A stretch of DNA of 64,000 nt from the IMG/VR virus record IMGVR_UViG_3300031867_004305, positions 117,043 through 181,042 of that record. One strand, given 5' to 3'. The stretch comes from a virus (taxonomy: Duplodnaviria; Caudoviricetes). Shown here in pieces: positions 30,145 through 38,970 of this stretch. The notes under the pieces were generated by a model. That model was not told the DNA's origin, did not search any database, and was given only the letters and a program-made list of their open reading frames with translations. The position numbers were made by a program, and so were the translations under genes. Position 1 is the first letter of the stretch; each line of letters opens with the position of its first letter.

Positions 30145-30302
30145 AGCCCTTTTTATTGATTCGGGAGGAAGTGTCCGTAGATGAACTTCTCGGAGTAATC
30201 GCCAAAATCGAATCGTGGTATACCATTGTACGAAACTTCTGTCATCCTTAGTTTCTTGCAGTTTCAAGGATGAGGGTCGCGGCCACCAGAGCGCCGCAAT
30301 AT

Positions 30303-30373
30303 GCTGCGTTAGTCCAGTGGTAAGACACGAGGCTTTCAATCTCGGCAGAGGGGTTCAATTCCCCTACGCAGTA
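30303..30373 (+). tRNA. tRNA-Glu(UUC), CCA not encoded
   Basis: CGAGG-CTTTCAA-TCTCG. Confidence 0.85.
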
Positions 30374-30506
30374 CTCCTCCTTTTGGAGATATTTCCTAAC
30401 CTTACAAGAAAAAGTCAAGTTGAAAACTTGACTTTTTTCAATTTTATGTTATAATTATACATAAAGGTAGGCCCAGGCCTATTTAAATAAAGCGAGGTGT
30501 ATAATT

Positions 30507-31451
30507 ATGGCAGAAAATAAATTTACAGCCACAGATTTAAAAGAAATGCAAAACTGGTCGTTAGAGCATAAGATTGGAGTAACTCAAACGCGTATTTGCG
30601 AATTTGGATTACATTATGATAATCAAGTATTCGTAGCCTTTAGTGGCGGAAAAGATAGTACAGTATTATTAGATTTAGCTAGACGTTGTATTCCAGATGT
30701 ACCAGCAGTTTTTATTGATACTGGACTTGAATATCCAGAAGTAAAGCAATTCGTTAAATCTCATGAAAATGTAGAAATTATTCGGCCTAAAAAAACTTTT
30801 AGACAAGTTATTGAAGAATTTGGATACCCTATTGTAAGCAAGAAAATTGCCGGTTATGTAGCAACAGCAAAACGTAATCCAGATTCTGCTCGTGCAAAAT
30901 TCCTTAGTGGAGAGTATGATAGTAAAATTTTTGGGTTTGGAGATGGAAAATGGAATTTTCTTGTAGATGCTCCTTTTAAGGTAAGTGACTATTGTTGCGA
31001 TGTAATGAAAAAACAACCTAATCATCACTATTCAAAAGAAACGGGTCGTTATCCTATTTTAGGAACTTTAGCTTGTGAATCTATCGCTCGTCGTAATGAA
31101 TGGATGCGTAGCGGATGTAATTTATTTGATAGTAAGAAACCCACTTGTAAACCTTTATCTTTCTGGACTGATAATGACATTTTTGAATATATCAAACGCT
31201 TTGATGTACCTTATTGTTCTTTGTATGGAGATATCGTGAAAGATAAAAAGGGAAATTGGACTACTACAGGAATTAATAGAACAGGTTGTATTTTCTGTGG
31301 CTTCGGCTGTCATCGTGAGAAGTGCCCAAATAGATTCCAACAATTAAAAGAAACTCATCCAAAAATTTGGGAATACTGTATGCGACCTTGGGATGAAGGT
31401 GGACTTGGATTGCGTGAAGTTTTAGAATATATAAATGTACCAGTTGAATAA
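30507..31451 (+). CDS. PAPS-reductase-family (PP-loop) protein
   Basis: FSGGKDSTVL; DTGLEYPE; CC..MKK; RTGCIFC. Confidence 0.85.
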   Translation: MAENKFTATDLKEMQNWSLEHKIGVTQTRICEFGLHYDNQVFVAFSGGKDSTVLLDLARRCIPDVPAVFIDTGLEYPEVKQFVKSHENVEIIRPKKTFRQVIEEFGYPIVSKKIAGYVATAKRNPDSARAKFLSGEYDSKIFGFGDGKWNFLVDAPFKVSDYCCDVMKKQPNHHYSKETGRYPILGTLACESIARRNEWMRSGCNLFDSKKPTCKPLSFWTDNDIFEYIKRFDVPYCSLYGDIVKDKKGNWTTTGINRTGCIFCGFGCHREKCPNRFQQLKETHPKIWEYCMRPWDEGGLGLREVLEYINVPVE

Positions 31452-31501
31452 TTGACTTCTTCTAAAAATTATATTATAATACATATAGAAAGGAGATAAT
31501 T

Positions 31502-31705
31502 ATGATTAAAATTATCAAGCATGGTCATGCACAATATAAAGCCACTTGTGAATATTGCGAATGTGTCTTCTCATTTGAAGATGAAGATATTCAAAATAGT
31601 GGATGCCAATGGGACTGGTATGAATGGGTTACTTGTCCAGAATGCCATCGAAAAAATGAATTATCCAGTCGTAGTGCTTTTAAATTCCACCAATTTCAGG
31701 ATTGA
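31502..31705 (+). CDS. Small zinc-ribbon protein
   Basis: CEYC...CPEC; own promoter. Confidence 0.6.
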   Translation: MIKIIKHGHAQYKATCEYCECVFSFEDEDIQNSGCQWDWYEWVTCPECHRKNELSSRSAFKFHQFQD

Positions 31706-31872
31706 CTTTCTATAAAAATTATAGTATAATTATTATAGTAAGAGGAAAGGAGCAAATCATTTATGGATTATCTTGATGATTTTGTTTGCGAATATCAATC
31801 TGATGAATTTGAAGAAGATTCGTTCTGGTTTTGGATTGATGAATATGATTTAGGAATGGGGATAGAAAATTA

Positions 31873-32217
31873 ATGTATAGTAGAGATTATCTTGATGATT
31901 ATGACCCATCATCAACCTATTCGGACGCCTTTTCTACAACTGGTAGAACTGCGGCGGAACGTCGTAAGAATGATTGGAAGTATGCTAAACGTAATCAAGC
32001 GATAGTTAATGCGATTGGCGGCGTTGATAAGCCTCTTCATTATTATGTTAAAACCGCACCAGAATATTATTATCAAAGATGTAATAAAACTAATAATAAA
32101 GGCAAACATCGCACCGCTTATGGTAATTATAATGATTCTAAAAATTGGAGTCCAAACGATAAACGTAAATTAAACGATTATCAAAATCAAATTGAAGAAT
32201 TATTTGACGAAGAATAA
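31873..32217 (+). CDS. Hypothetical protein
   Basis: 114-aa ORF on the coding strand. Confidence 0.55.
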   Translation: MYSRDYLDDYDPSSTYSDAFSTTGRTAAERRKNDWKYAKRNQAIVNAIGGVDKPLHYYVKTAPEYYYQRCNKTNNKGKHRTAYGNYNDSKNWSPNDKRKLNDYQNQIEELFDEE

Positions 32218-32544
32218 AAATTGTGATATAATATTTATAGAAACAAGGAAAGGATGATAATTGTGCGTAAGACTTCTCGTACTGTGTTTTCTTCTTCTTG
32301 GACTCGCCGCGAGCAGGCTGAAAAGCTTGATGAGTGGCAGAATTAGCCGGTATAAGCAGACAAATTGCGGCCAATAGAATGCCGGTACCGTAAATGTTCT
32401 TCTAACGCCTCTCGAAGAAGCGCACCACTAGAAGACTTATTACCTAGGTAGTTGCGGCGAACAACGATAAAAATCGCTAGTTGCCCAGATACTTACTTGA
32501 AGGGTTTCTGCCGCGTTAATCTTGGTATCGGATTGCGGTTGTAT

Positions 32545-32679
32545 CCACGCGTGGTGCAAATGGCGAGACACAGCGGACTTACGTAGGCCCAGTGGCTTGT
32601 TGGAGAGCAACACTCCTTCCTACGACCAAAATCCGCGACGCAAGATACATTGCTGGTTCAAATCCAGTCGCGTGGACCA
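32545..32679 (+). tRNA. tRNA-Leu(UAA) interrupted in the anticodon by a 47-nt tRNA-minihelix-like insert (32582-32628)
   Basis: CCACGCG/CGCGTGG-ACCA; GCGGA-CTTA[insert]AAA-TCCGC; long variable region; T arm intact. Confidence 0.8.
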
Positions 32680-32682
32680 TAT

Positions 32683-32759
32683 GTTCCATTACCCCAATTG
32701 GTAGAGGGAATCGGCTCAAACCCGATGTAGTTTCAGTTCGAATCTGAAATGGAACACCA
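32683..32759 (+). tRNA. tRNA-Leu(CAA), short variable loop
   Basis: ATCGG-CTCAAAC-CCGAT; ACCA. Confidence 0.88.
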
Positions 32760-32837
32760 GAAAATTTTATTTCGAGTTCAAATTGAAATAATTTGAACTT
32801 CGAATAGCCACTTTCTAGTAGAAGGAGGTGGTAAGTA

Positions 32838-33794
32838 ATGGAAACTTACACAAATATTTGGTTAGATATTTCAGAAGAACAATGGAGAAAAATTATTTCT
32901 ACTAGTCTAACTCGTGCAGAGGTCGCACGCAAAGTTAATCGTTGTCCCAATTCAAGTTTTAATGAGCGTTTAAAAAAATATTGTGATGAACATAATATCT
33001 CTATTGAACATTTTACAATTAATGAAAATGGCAATAAAGAGAAATATCAACTTGAAGAAATTCTAGTAGAAAACTCTCCTGCTTCGAGAAAAACATTAAG
33101 AGACTATTTAGCAAAATATAACATTCTAGAATATAAATGTGCTATTTGCGGGAATGTTGGAGAATGGAATGGAGTTTCTTTAACTTTACAAATAGACCAT
33201 ATTAATGGAATAAATAATGATAATAGAAAAGAAAATCTTCGTTGGTTATGTCCAAATTGTCATTCTCAAACTGACACGTTTACTGGGAAAAATAAAACTA
33301 AAAAAGAAGTTGTTAATTTCACAGTAGAAGAAGCGATTAAAGCATTAAGACAAACTGAAAATGTAAATCAAGCAACTAAATTAATCGGTTGTGCGCAAGG
33401 TGGAGCAAATTGGATTAGAGTAAATGATATTAAGAAAGAATATGGAATTGTTCAATCTGGAGATTTAAAAAAAGAAGAAAAATATAAGTTTGAAGAAAAT
33501 CATATTAATGTAAAACCAATGAACTTTATTAAATTATGTAAAAAGTGCGGTCGTCCATTATCGACAAAAGATGCTGAGTATTGTCAAACTTGTATTCACG
33601 AATTTCAACGAAAATGTGAATGGCCTTCCCGCGAAGAACTTAAAAAATTAATCCGTTCCACACCTTTTTTACAAATAGGTAAAAAATATAATGTAAGTGA
33701 TAACGCTGTAAGAAAATGGTGTTTAAATTACGGTTTACCATCTAAAAAAAAGGAAATCAAAGCAATTTCAGATGAAGAGTGGGCTACCATTTGA
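32838..33794 (+). CDS. HNH homing endonuclease
   Basis: CAIC...LQIDHING...DNRKENLRWLCPNCH. Confidence 0.88.
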   Translation: METYTNIWLDISEEQWRKIISTSLTRAEVARKVNRCPNSSFNERLKKYCDEHNISIEHFTINENGNKEKYQLEEILVENSPASRKTLRDYLAKYNILEYKCAICGNVGEWNGVSLTLQIDHINGINNDNRKENLRWLCPNCHSQTDTFTGKNKTKKEVVNFTVEEAIKALRQTENVNQATKLIGCAQGGANWIRVNDIKKEYGIVQSGDLKKEEKYKFEENHINVKPMNFIKLCKKCGRPLSTKDAEYCQTCIHEFQRKCEWPSREELKKLIRSTPFLQIGKKYNVSDNAVRKWCLNYGLPSKKKEIKAISDEEWATI

Positions 33795-33848
33795 CTTTCT
33801 TCTAAAATTATAGTATAATAATTATAACAAAAGGAAAGGATGATATAA

Positions 33849-34067
33849 ATGGAAAATATCATTCATGAAGAAGCCGAAAAAATTAAACAGAATATCATTA
33901 ATGAATTTGGAAAGAATAATATTTTAGATTTACACGTAGAATTAAATGAAGATTGGCGTGGAGACTATCTCGCTTGGTGGATTATTTTAAAAAATAATCG
34001 CAGAATAGAATGTATTAGATACTATAACAGCGATGGAACAATCAAAAAGAATTTGACTTTCTTCTAA
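33849..34067 (+). CDS. Hypothetical protein
   Basis: Promoter + RBS + ORF. Confidence 0.55.
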   Translation: MENIIHEEAEKIKQNIINEFGKNNILDLHVELNEDWRGDYLAWWIILKNNRRIECIRYYNSDGTIKKNLTFF

Positions 34068-34113
34068 AATTATAATATAATAATTATAGTAAAGGGAAAG
34101 GAATTAAGATGTA

Positions 34114-34179
34114 AGGCGGAAACAGCAACATTCTTTTAAGTAGCAATCTGTTAAATTGTAAGACTTATTAACCGCCTAG
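34114..34179 (+). ncRNA. CAGCAA-family stem RNA 3, carrying an Asn(GUU)-like anticodon hairpin
   Basis: AGGCGG-AAACAGCAA ... GCAAT-CTGTTAA-ATTGT ... CCGCCTAG. Confidence 0.65.
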
Positions 34180-34186
34180 AATTTAT

Positions 34187-34264
34187 GTGCCCGTGGCGCA
34201 ACTTGGCAGACGCGCTACACTTAGGATGTAGATTTTCAGAGTTCAAATCTCTGCGGGCGCACCA
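34187..34264 (+). tRNA. tRNA-Leu(UAG), short variable loop
   Basis: CTACA-CTTAGGA-TGTAG; ACCA. Confidence 0.88.
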
Positions 34265-34551
34265 GTCACTTCCCACAAATAGTGACAAGTCGCGTTAACA
34301 TTCGTTTGTTAGCTACGCTGGGAAAACGCGACTTTAAAATATAAGGAAGCCAGGCCAACGGCACTAACCGTATGTAGTGACCGCCGTAACTATCACATTC
34401 TAGGAGCCTTGATACCGGTATTAGGCTTAATACTCCCCGAAAGTGCACGAACAAATCCTAGGATGTTATGGCATCAAGTAAAGAGCCTTCTCGTGGCGAT
34501 GCTGATTTCGACTAATCTTTACAAAGTATTAAAGGCAGAGCACTTTAATAT

Positions 34552-34580
34552 TTGACTTTTTCTGAAAATTCTGGTATAAT
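34552..34580 (+). promoter_or_regulatory. sigmaA-type promoter directly upstream of the ROOL-like RNA
   Basis: TTGACT-17 bp-TATAAT. Confidence 0.85.
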
Positions 34581-34603
34581 TATTACAGAAACAAGGAAAG
34601 GAA

Positions 34604-35197
34604 GTAGATACCCTATTTAATAAAATGGTTGAACCAAGTGAAGAAGAGCTAACCACTCTGCTTGGACTATCCGAAAAACAGCCCCAAACTTGATGGGATA
34701 CTTTCAAGCCAAGGCCGCGAAATCAGTAATGATTAGCGATATGGAGAAACTCCTAATGTTAAGGGTAGGTGCTTGGTTATCCGCTAACAAAAACTTGGCT
34801 CCTCGCGGCGTCGTAATAGAAGGTGGGCGTTAAAAGCGTGACCTGAATCCAAGTTAGGCGTAGGATGGCTGCCACCGCAAACCTTGGAAATGCCAACAAG
34901 ACGCTTGGTGTCGTTGAAACCTAGAAATAGGATATAAGCGAGGTTCACAGAAAAAGTAGCCCAAAACGACAATGATTCTAATAGATATTTGTAAATATTA
35001 CTTGGAATTATTGTGCTGAACGGTTCGGGTGAAATTTGAGAGTAAGCAATCTCTCCGTTGCTCACCGAAAGGTAGGGTGAAGAAGTCCGGAATTGCTACC
35101 CGTGGCTCAGCCTTCATCTTCAACGTGGTTGAATATGTTAGAAGGATAATACAAGTACGACGAAGGTCGCAACGGTTTTATTAAATAGGGTATTTGC
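34604..35197 (+). ncRNA. Large ncRNA, ROOL-like (~590 nt)
   Basis: Long closing helix ATACCCTATTTAATAAAA/TTTTATTAAATAGGGTAT; size and tRNA-cluster context fit ROOL; family assignment is recollection, not a search. Confidence 0.6.
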
Positions 35198-35294
35198 CCT
35201 AAACTTTAAGGTAGCATTGGAGTAATTAACCAATGAGATGAAGATGCTCCTACATCAGCTTAAAGTTTAAAATATAATCATAGGAGTGATTAAT

Positions 35295-35855
35295 ATGCCA
35301 AAGAAAATTGATTTAACAGGAAAAATTTTTGGAATCGTACAGGTAGACTCACCAGCACCAAGTCAATCTGGTAAAACATATTGGAATTGTCATTGTACTA
35401 TTTGTAATACTAAAAAAGTAATTCAAGGCTGTGCTTTAAAAAATGGTTCTATTAAAACTTGCGGTTGTGGTTGTTCTTTTCATAAACAAAACACTTCAAA
35501 AATTTGCGAAATTTGCGGAAAAGAATTTATTCCAATAAAATTTGGCGGTGCTAGAAAATATTGTTATGAATGTTCTCCGCAAGAAGGCTCAGAAACAGAT
35601 AAACGCACAGTTATAAGACGAGCTTTGAAAAAGATGCTAGTTGATTATAAAGGTGGAAAATGTGAGCTATGTGGATATAATAAATGTTTACGAGCATTAG
35701 AATTTCATCATTTAAATCCATCTGAAAAAGATTTTGGAATTTCTGGATGTATAACTAAAAATGTAGAAGAATTAAAAAATGAAGTTAATAAATGTATTTT
35801 AGTTTGTTCTAATTGTCATGCGGAAATCCATGAAGAGCTAGACGAGGCCCGTTAG
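35295..35855 (+). CDS. HNH endonuclease
   Basis: GGKCELCGY...LEFHH...CILVCSNCHAEIH; stop codon overlaps tRNA-Asn. Confidence 0.85.
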   Translation: MPKKIDLTGKIFGIVQVDSPAPSQSGKTYWNCHCTICNTKKVIQGCALKNGSIKTCGCGCSFHKQNTSKICEICGKEFIPIKFGGARKYCYECSPQEGSETDKRTVIRRALKKMLVDYKGGKCELCGYNKCLRALEFHHLNPSEKDFGISGCITKNVEELKNEVNKCILVCSNCHAEIHEELDEAR

Positions 35856-35922
35856 TCCAGTTGGCAGAACGATAGACTGTTAATCTATGTCAGCGCTGGT
35901 TCGAGTCCAGCACGGGCCGCCA
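35846..35922 (+). tRNA. tRNA-Asn(GUU)
   Basis: ATAGA-CTGTTAA-TCTAT; GCCA. Confidence 0.9.
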
Positions 35923-35999
35923 TCACGATAGCAAATAAGTGAATAAACGGATGTGCGGTTAGCTGACCTTAAAGCCATTTCATAAAAGGAGTAATAAAT

Positions 36000-36416
36000 A
36001 TGGGATTAGATAATGGTATAATTGTCCGTTCAAATCGTCGTAAGATTACGCGTGATATGCTACCAGAAGGAATGGTATATCCTTGGGATGAAAAATTTGA
36101 CAGTCCAGAAGGAGGGGTAGAGATTCTTTACTGGCGAAAGAATTGGGGTTTAAGAGATATAGTAGTAGATACTTTTCCAGTTTATGAAGATACTGGTTAT
36201 GACTACCTTATCGAAACTCCGCAACAAGTATTTGAACTAATCCGAATTATTGTTCCTTTTATGAGTAAGGAAAAGTGGGAAGAAGACGGTGATTCTATTT
36301 GGGATTACGATGAAATACTTCCTATTTTACAACAAAATATCATAAATTTGGCATTAATTGCTTCATTTATGAAAAATAACCCTGATGTTTATTTATTATT
36401 CTACGACTCATATTAA
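36000..36416 (+). CDS. Conserved phage hypothetical protein (MGLD...YWRK...YDSY)
   Basis: ORF with RBS and recognisable motif. Confidence 0.6.
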   Translation: MGLDNGIIVRSNRRKITRDMLPEGMVYPWDEKFDSPEGGVEILYWRKNWGLRDIVVDTFPVYEDTGYDYLIETPQQVFELIRIIVPFMSKEKWEEDGDSIWDYDEILPILQQNIINLALIASFMKNNPDVYLLFYDSY

Positions 36417-36428
36417 GGAGAAAATTAC

Positions 36429-36968
36429 ATGAACGAAGTAAGACTAAAGATTCTACCTCCTTGGACTATTGTAATTCGTAAGTTCGAGGCCCTATTTGAT
36501 GGTGACCCACAAATTGCTTGTAATTGTAACTTTAATGGTGCTAATCCTTCTATCGTTCTTGCTTGTAATAACGGAGATAAGGTCGCCGCACTCCTGAAGA
36601 TTCTACCTTCCGAAGTTGATTTTGGTAATATTAAGCTAAAGGTTGTGGTCGATGGCATTCCTTCTAATAAGGCATTTACTAGTAAGGTTGAGCTATTTGA
36701 CACCGCTTTTAAGGGTAATCCCGCATATGCATATTCCATATGTCCTGCTGAAGAAGGTTATATGTGGATTGGAACTACTTATGTAGTGTTCAAGAATTTC
36801 GTCGTACAGTTTGCTGCTGATAATCTAAACGATTGTCACGGCATTATTAGCACTCTATATCAAGATATTGCAGAAGAGCTTCTACGTGGAGAAGCTACTG
36901 AAGGTGTTTTTTACAATACTGATGTAGAACGTGCGAATCTCGGTAAGCCCCTAGGTGAGTGGCCATAA
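36429..36968 (+). CDS. Hypothetical phage protein
   Basis: ORF with RBS; VVQF.ADNL.D..G motif. Confidence 0.6.
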   Translation: MNEVRLKILPPWTIVIRKFEALFDGDPQIACNCNFNGANPSIVLACNNGDKVAALLKILPSEVDFGNIKLKVVVDGIPSNKAFTSKVELFDTAFKGNPAYAYSICPAEEGYMWIGTTYVVFKNFVVQFAADNLNDCHGIISTLYQDIAEELLRGEATEGVFYNTDVERANLGKPLGEWP

Positions 36969-36981
36969 GCCACTCTAATCT

Positions 36982-37057
36982 GGGCCTATAGTTCAGCGGC
37001 TAGAATGTCCGGTTGTCTCCCGGAAGATCGCAGGTTCGAATCCTGTTAGGCTCGCCA
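36982..37057 (+). tRNA. tRNA-Asp(GUC)
   Basis: TCCGG-TTGTCTC-CCGGA; GCCA. Confidence 0.9.
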
Positions 37058-37175
37058 TAGACTCATCCAGCAATTTCTTTTGCGCTGTAGGAGCCGGTAA
37101 TATTGGTTCAAATCCAATTCTCCTCACCATATGAGGAGATAGTGTAATAGGTAGCACGCCGTAAAATGAGTCTAG
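37058..37175 (+). ncRNA. CAGCAA-family RNA 4: permuted tRNA mimic (YrlA-like)
   Basis: TAGACTCAT-CCAGCAA; T arm, then closed acceptor TCTCCTCA-CCATA-TGAGGAGA, then D arm; ATGAGTCTAG. Confidence 0.75.
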
Positions 37176-37183
37176 TATATTAT

Positions 37184-37260
37184 AGGGGTGTGGGCTAAAG
37201 GTGAGCCGCCTCATTTGGGGTGAGGACATCAAGTGAGTTCGATTCTCACCACTCCTACCA
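37184..37260 (+). tRNA. tRNA-Pro(UGG)
   Basis: CCTCA-TTTGGGG-TGAGG; ACCA. Confidence 0.88.
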
Positions 37261-37358
37261 ATTAAGAAAAAGAGAAGCGTAAGAGTAATTAACTTATGAG
37301 ATAACAATACCTCAATATTGAGTCTTTTTCTTATATAAATATTATTGAGGCGATATTT

Positions 37359-37907
37359 ATGCCTAAAAGAATGACACAAGAAGATTTTAATGCTAGAATA
37401 AAAGATTACACTAATGATTCTATAATAGTTATTGGAGAATATAAAAATAAAAAAACTCCTGTTTTAATACAATGTAAAAAATGTAATTACAAATGGTATT
37501 ATTCTCCAGCATCATTAATGCCTAGTTCTACAAAAAATTATCATTTTAAAGGTTGCCCTAATTGTAAAAAAGTAACTCTTTTTTGCTTAGAATGTGGAAA
37601 AGAATTTACTCGGTTAAAAACTGAAATAAATGACAATAATTTTTGTTGTAAAACTTGTGCAAATCGTTATAAAAATAAACAAAAAATCAATAAAATTGAT
37701 AGTTTAGCATACAGACGCAATGCTTTTGAATATTATCCGCACAAATGCGATATTTGTGGTTGGAATAAAGATGAAAGAGTATTAGAAGTTCATCATTTAG
37801 ACGAAGATAGAACTAATAATCATATTGATAATTTACGAATTTTGTGTCCAAATTGTCATAAATTTTTAACATTGCATCTTTATTCTTATGAAGAAATGAA
37901 ACAGTAA
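37359..37907 (+). CDS. HNH endonuclease
   Basis: CDICGW...LEVHH.DEDRTNN.IDNL.ILCPNCH. Confidence 0.85.
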   Translation: MPKRMTQEDFNARIKDYTNDSIIVIGEYKNKKTPVLIQCKKCNYKWYYSPASLMPSSTKNYHFKGCPNCKKVTLFCLECGKEFTRLKTEINDNNFCCKTCANRYKNKQKINKIDSLAYRRNAFEYYPHKCDICGWNKDERVLEVHHLDEDRTNNHIDNLRILCPNCHKFLTLHLYSYEEMKQ

Positions 37908-38010
37908 TCAACTGGGTTTGGAGATTATCCCAACCGTAAAATCTCCTCCTTTCTGGTTTGACTTTTCTTAAAAATTTTGATATAATAAATATATCAAAGG
38001 AAAGGAAATA

Positions 38011-38244
38011 ATGAGTATGAAAAAGGAAGTTTTAGGTGTCAATCAAACTAAGGCAGAATTTGTCAAGTCTATTCATGATTGGCTGATGCGTACACTTAAA
38101 TCTTTAGATCGTGAAGAATATCAAAAATGTTTTAAAATTGAAGGATCTAGTATCATGTGTGAACTTCCAGATAATTTTTTTGATAATTATGAAATTCCTT
38201 CTGGCACACGCATTGAAATGAAATTTATTACAAAGAAATCTTAA
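38011..38244 (+). CDS. Hypothetical protein
   Basis: Promoter + RBS + ORF. Confidence 0.55.
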   Translation: MSMKKEVLGVNQTKAEFVKSIHDWLMRTLKSLDREEYQKCFKIEGSSIMCELPDNFFDNYEIPSGTRIEMKFITKKS

Positions 38245-38248
38245 AATT

Positions 38249-38351
38249 TTAAGCCGTCACAGCAATCTTTTTAAGTGGTTAAATTATTTTGATTGAGAAG
38301 CAAAATGAGAGACGGTTCAAACCCATCACAATTAAACAATTAACGGCTTAA
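38249..38351 (+). ncRNA. CAGCAA-family RNA 5 with degenerate D/anticodon/T arms in normal order
   Basis: TTAAGCCGT-CACAGCAA ... AAGTGGTTAA ... GACGG-TTCAAAC-CCATC ... ACGGCTTAA. Confidence 0.65.
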
Positions 38352-38367
38352 TATTAATACAGTGAAT

Positions 38368-38447
38368 AAGGCACACACAGCAATTACTTTTATAATTACA
38401 AGATATAGATATTGGGCAGTATATTAAAGTAAATTATTAGTGCCTTG
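38368..38447 (+). ncRNA. CAGCAA-family stem RNA 6
   Basis: AAGGCAC-ACACAGCAA ... GTGCCTTG. Confidence 0.65.
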
Positions 38448-38454
38448 AATTTAT

Positions 38455-38529
38455 GCCGGCGTAGCCCAATGGTAAGGCAGCTCACTTGTAATGAGCAGAT
38501 TGGGGTTTCGACTACCTCCGCCGGCTCCA
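38455..38529 (+). tRNA. tRNA-Thr(UGU)
   Basis: GCTCA-CTTGTAA-TGAGC; TCCA. Confidence 0.9.
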
Positions 38530-38549
38530 TTATTTAAAAGGAGTTTATT

Positions 38550-38966
38550 ATGGGATTTTTCACTAAAAAGAAACCAGTTACAGAACCGCTTAACCCCATT
38601 GAGAAAAAGTGCGAACATAAGTTTCAAGATTTTCCTTGGTTTTTAACTTGGGATTTACAATATAATAAATATATTATAAAAGTAATTGAACCTTATGTTT
38701 GTATCTTTTGCGGCGAAAGGAAAAATAAAATCCTCGCTTCTTATACTGGTACTAATTATAAGGAAGGCGAAAAACTTTTAAATGAACTCCATAATCGCTT
38801 TGATAATCATATTAAATATCAAGAAGAAGTAGAAGATATGATAAATGATATGATTTTAGTAGATCCAGAATACTTAAAATGGTATCATTTACTACGCGAA
38901 CAACAAGATCCATCTACTTCTCGGCCGCAAACCGAATTTAATAAGAAACCAGAATTAAAATTATGA
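38550..38966 (+). CDS. Hypothetical protein
   Basis: ORF with RBS; CEH...CIFC. Confidence 0.55.
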   Translation: MGFFTKKKPVTEPLNPIEKKCEHKFQDFPWFLTWDLQYNKYIIKVIEPYVCIFCGERKNKILASYTGTNYKEGEKLLNELHNRFDNHIKYQEEVEDMINDMILVDPEYLKWYHLLREQQDPSTSRPQTEFNKKPELKL

Positions 38967-38970
38967 TAAA

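Noticed and set aside
30160-30300. RNase P RNA or hammerhead ribozyme
   Set aside because: GAGGAAGTGTCC lacks a P4 partner; no CTGATGA core paired with the GAAAC; left unassigned
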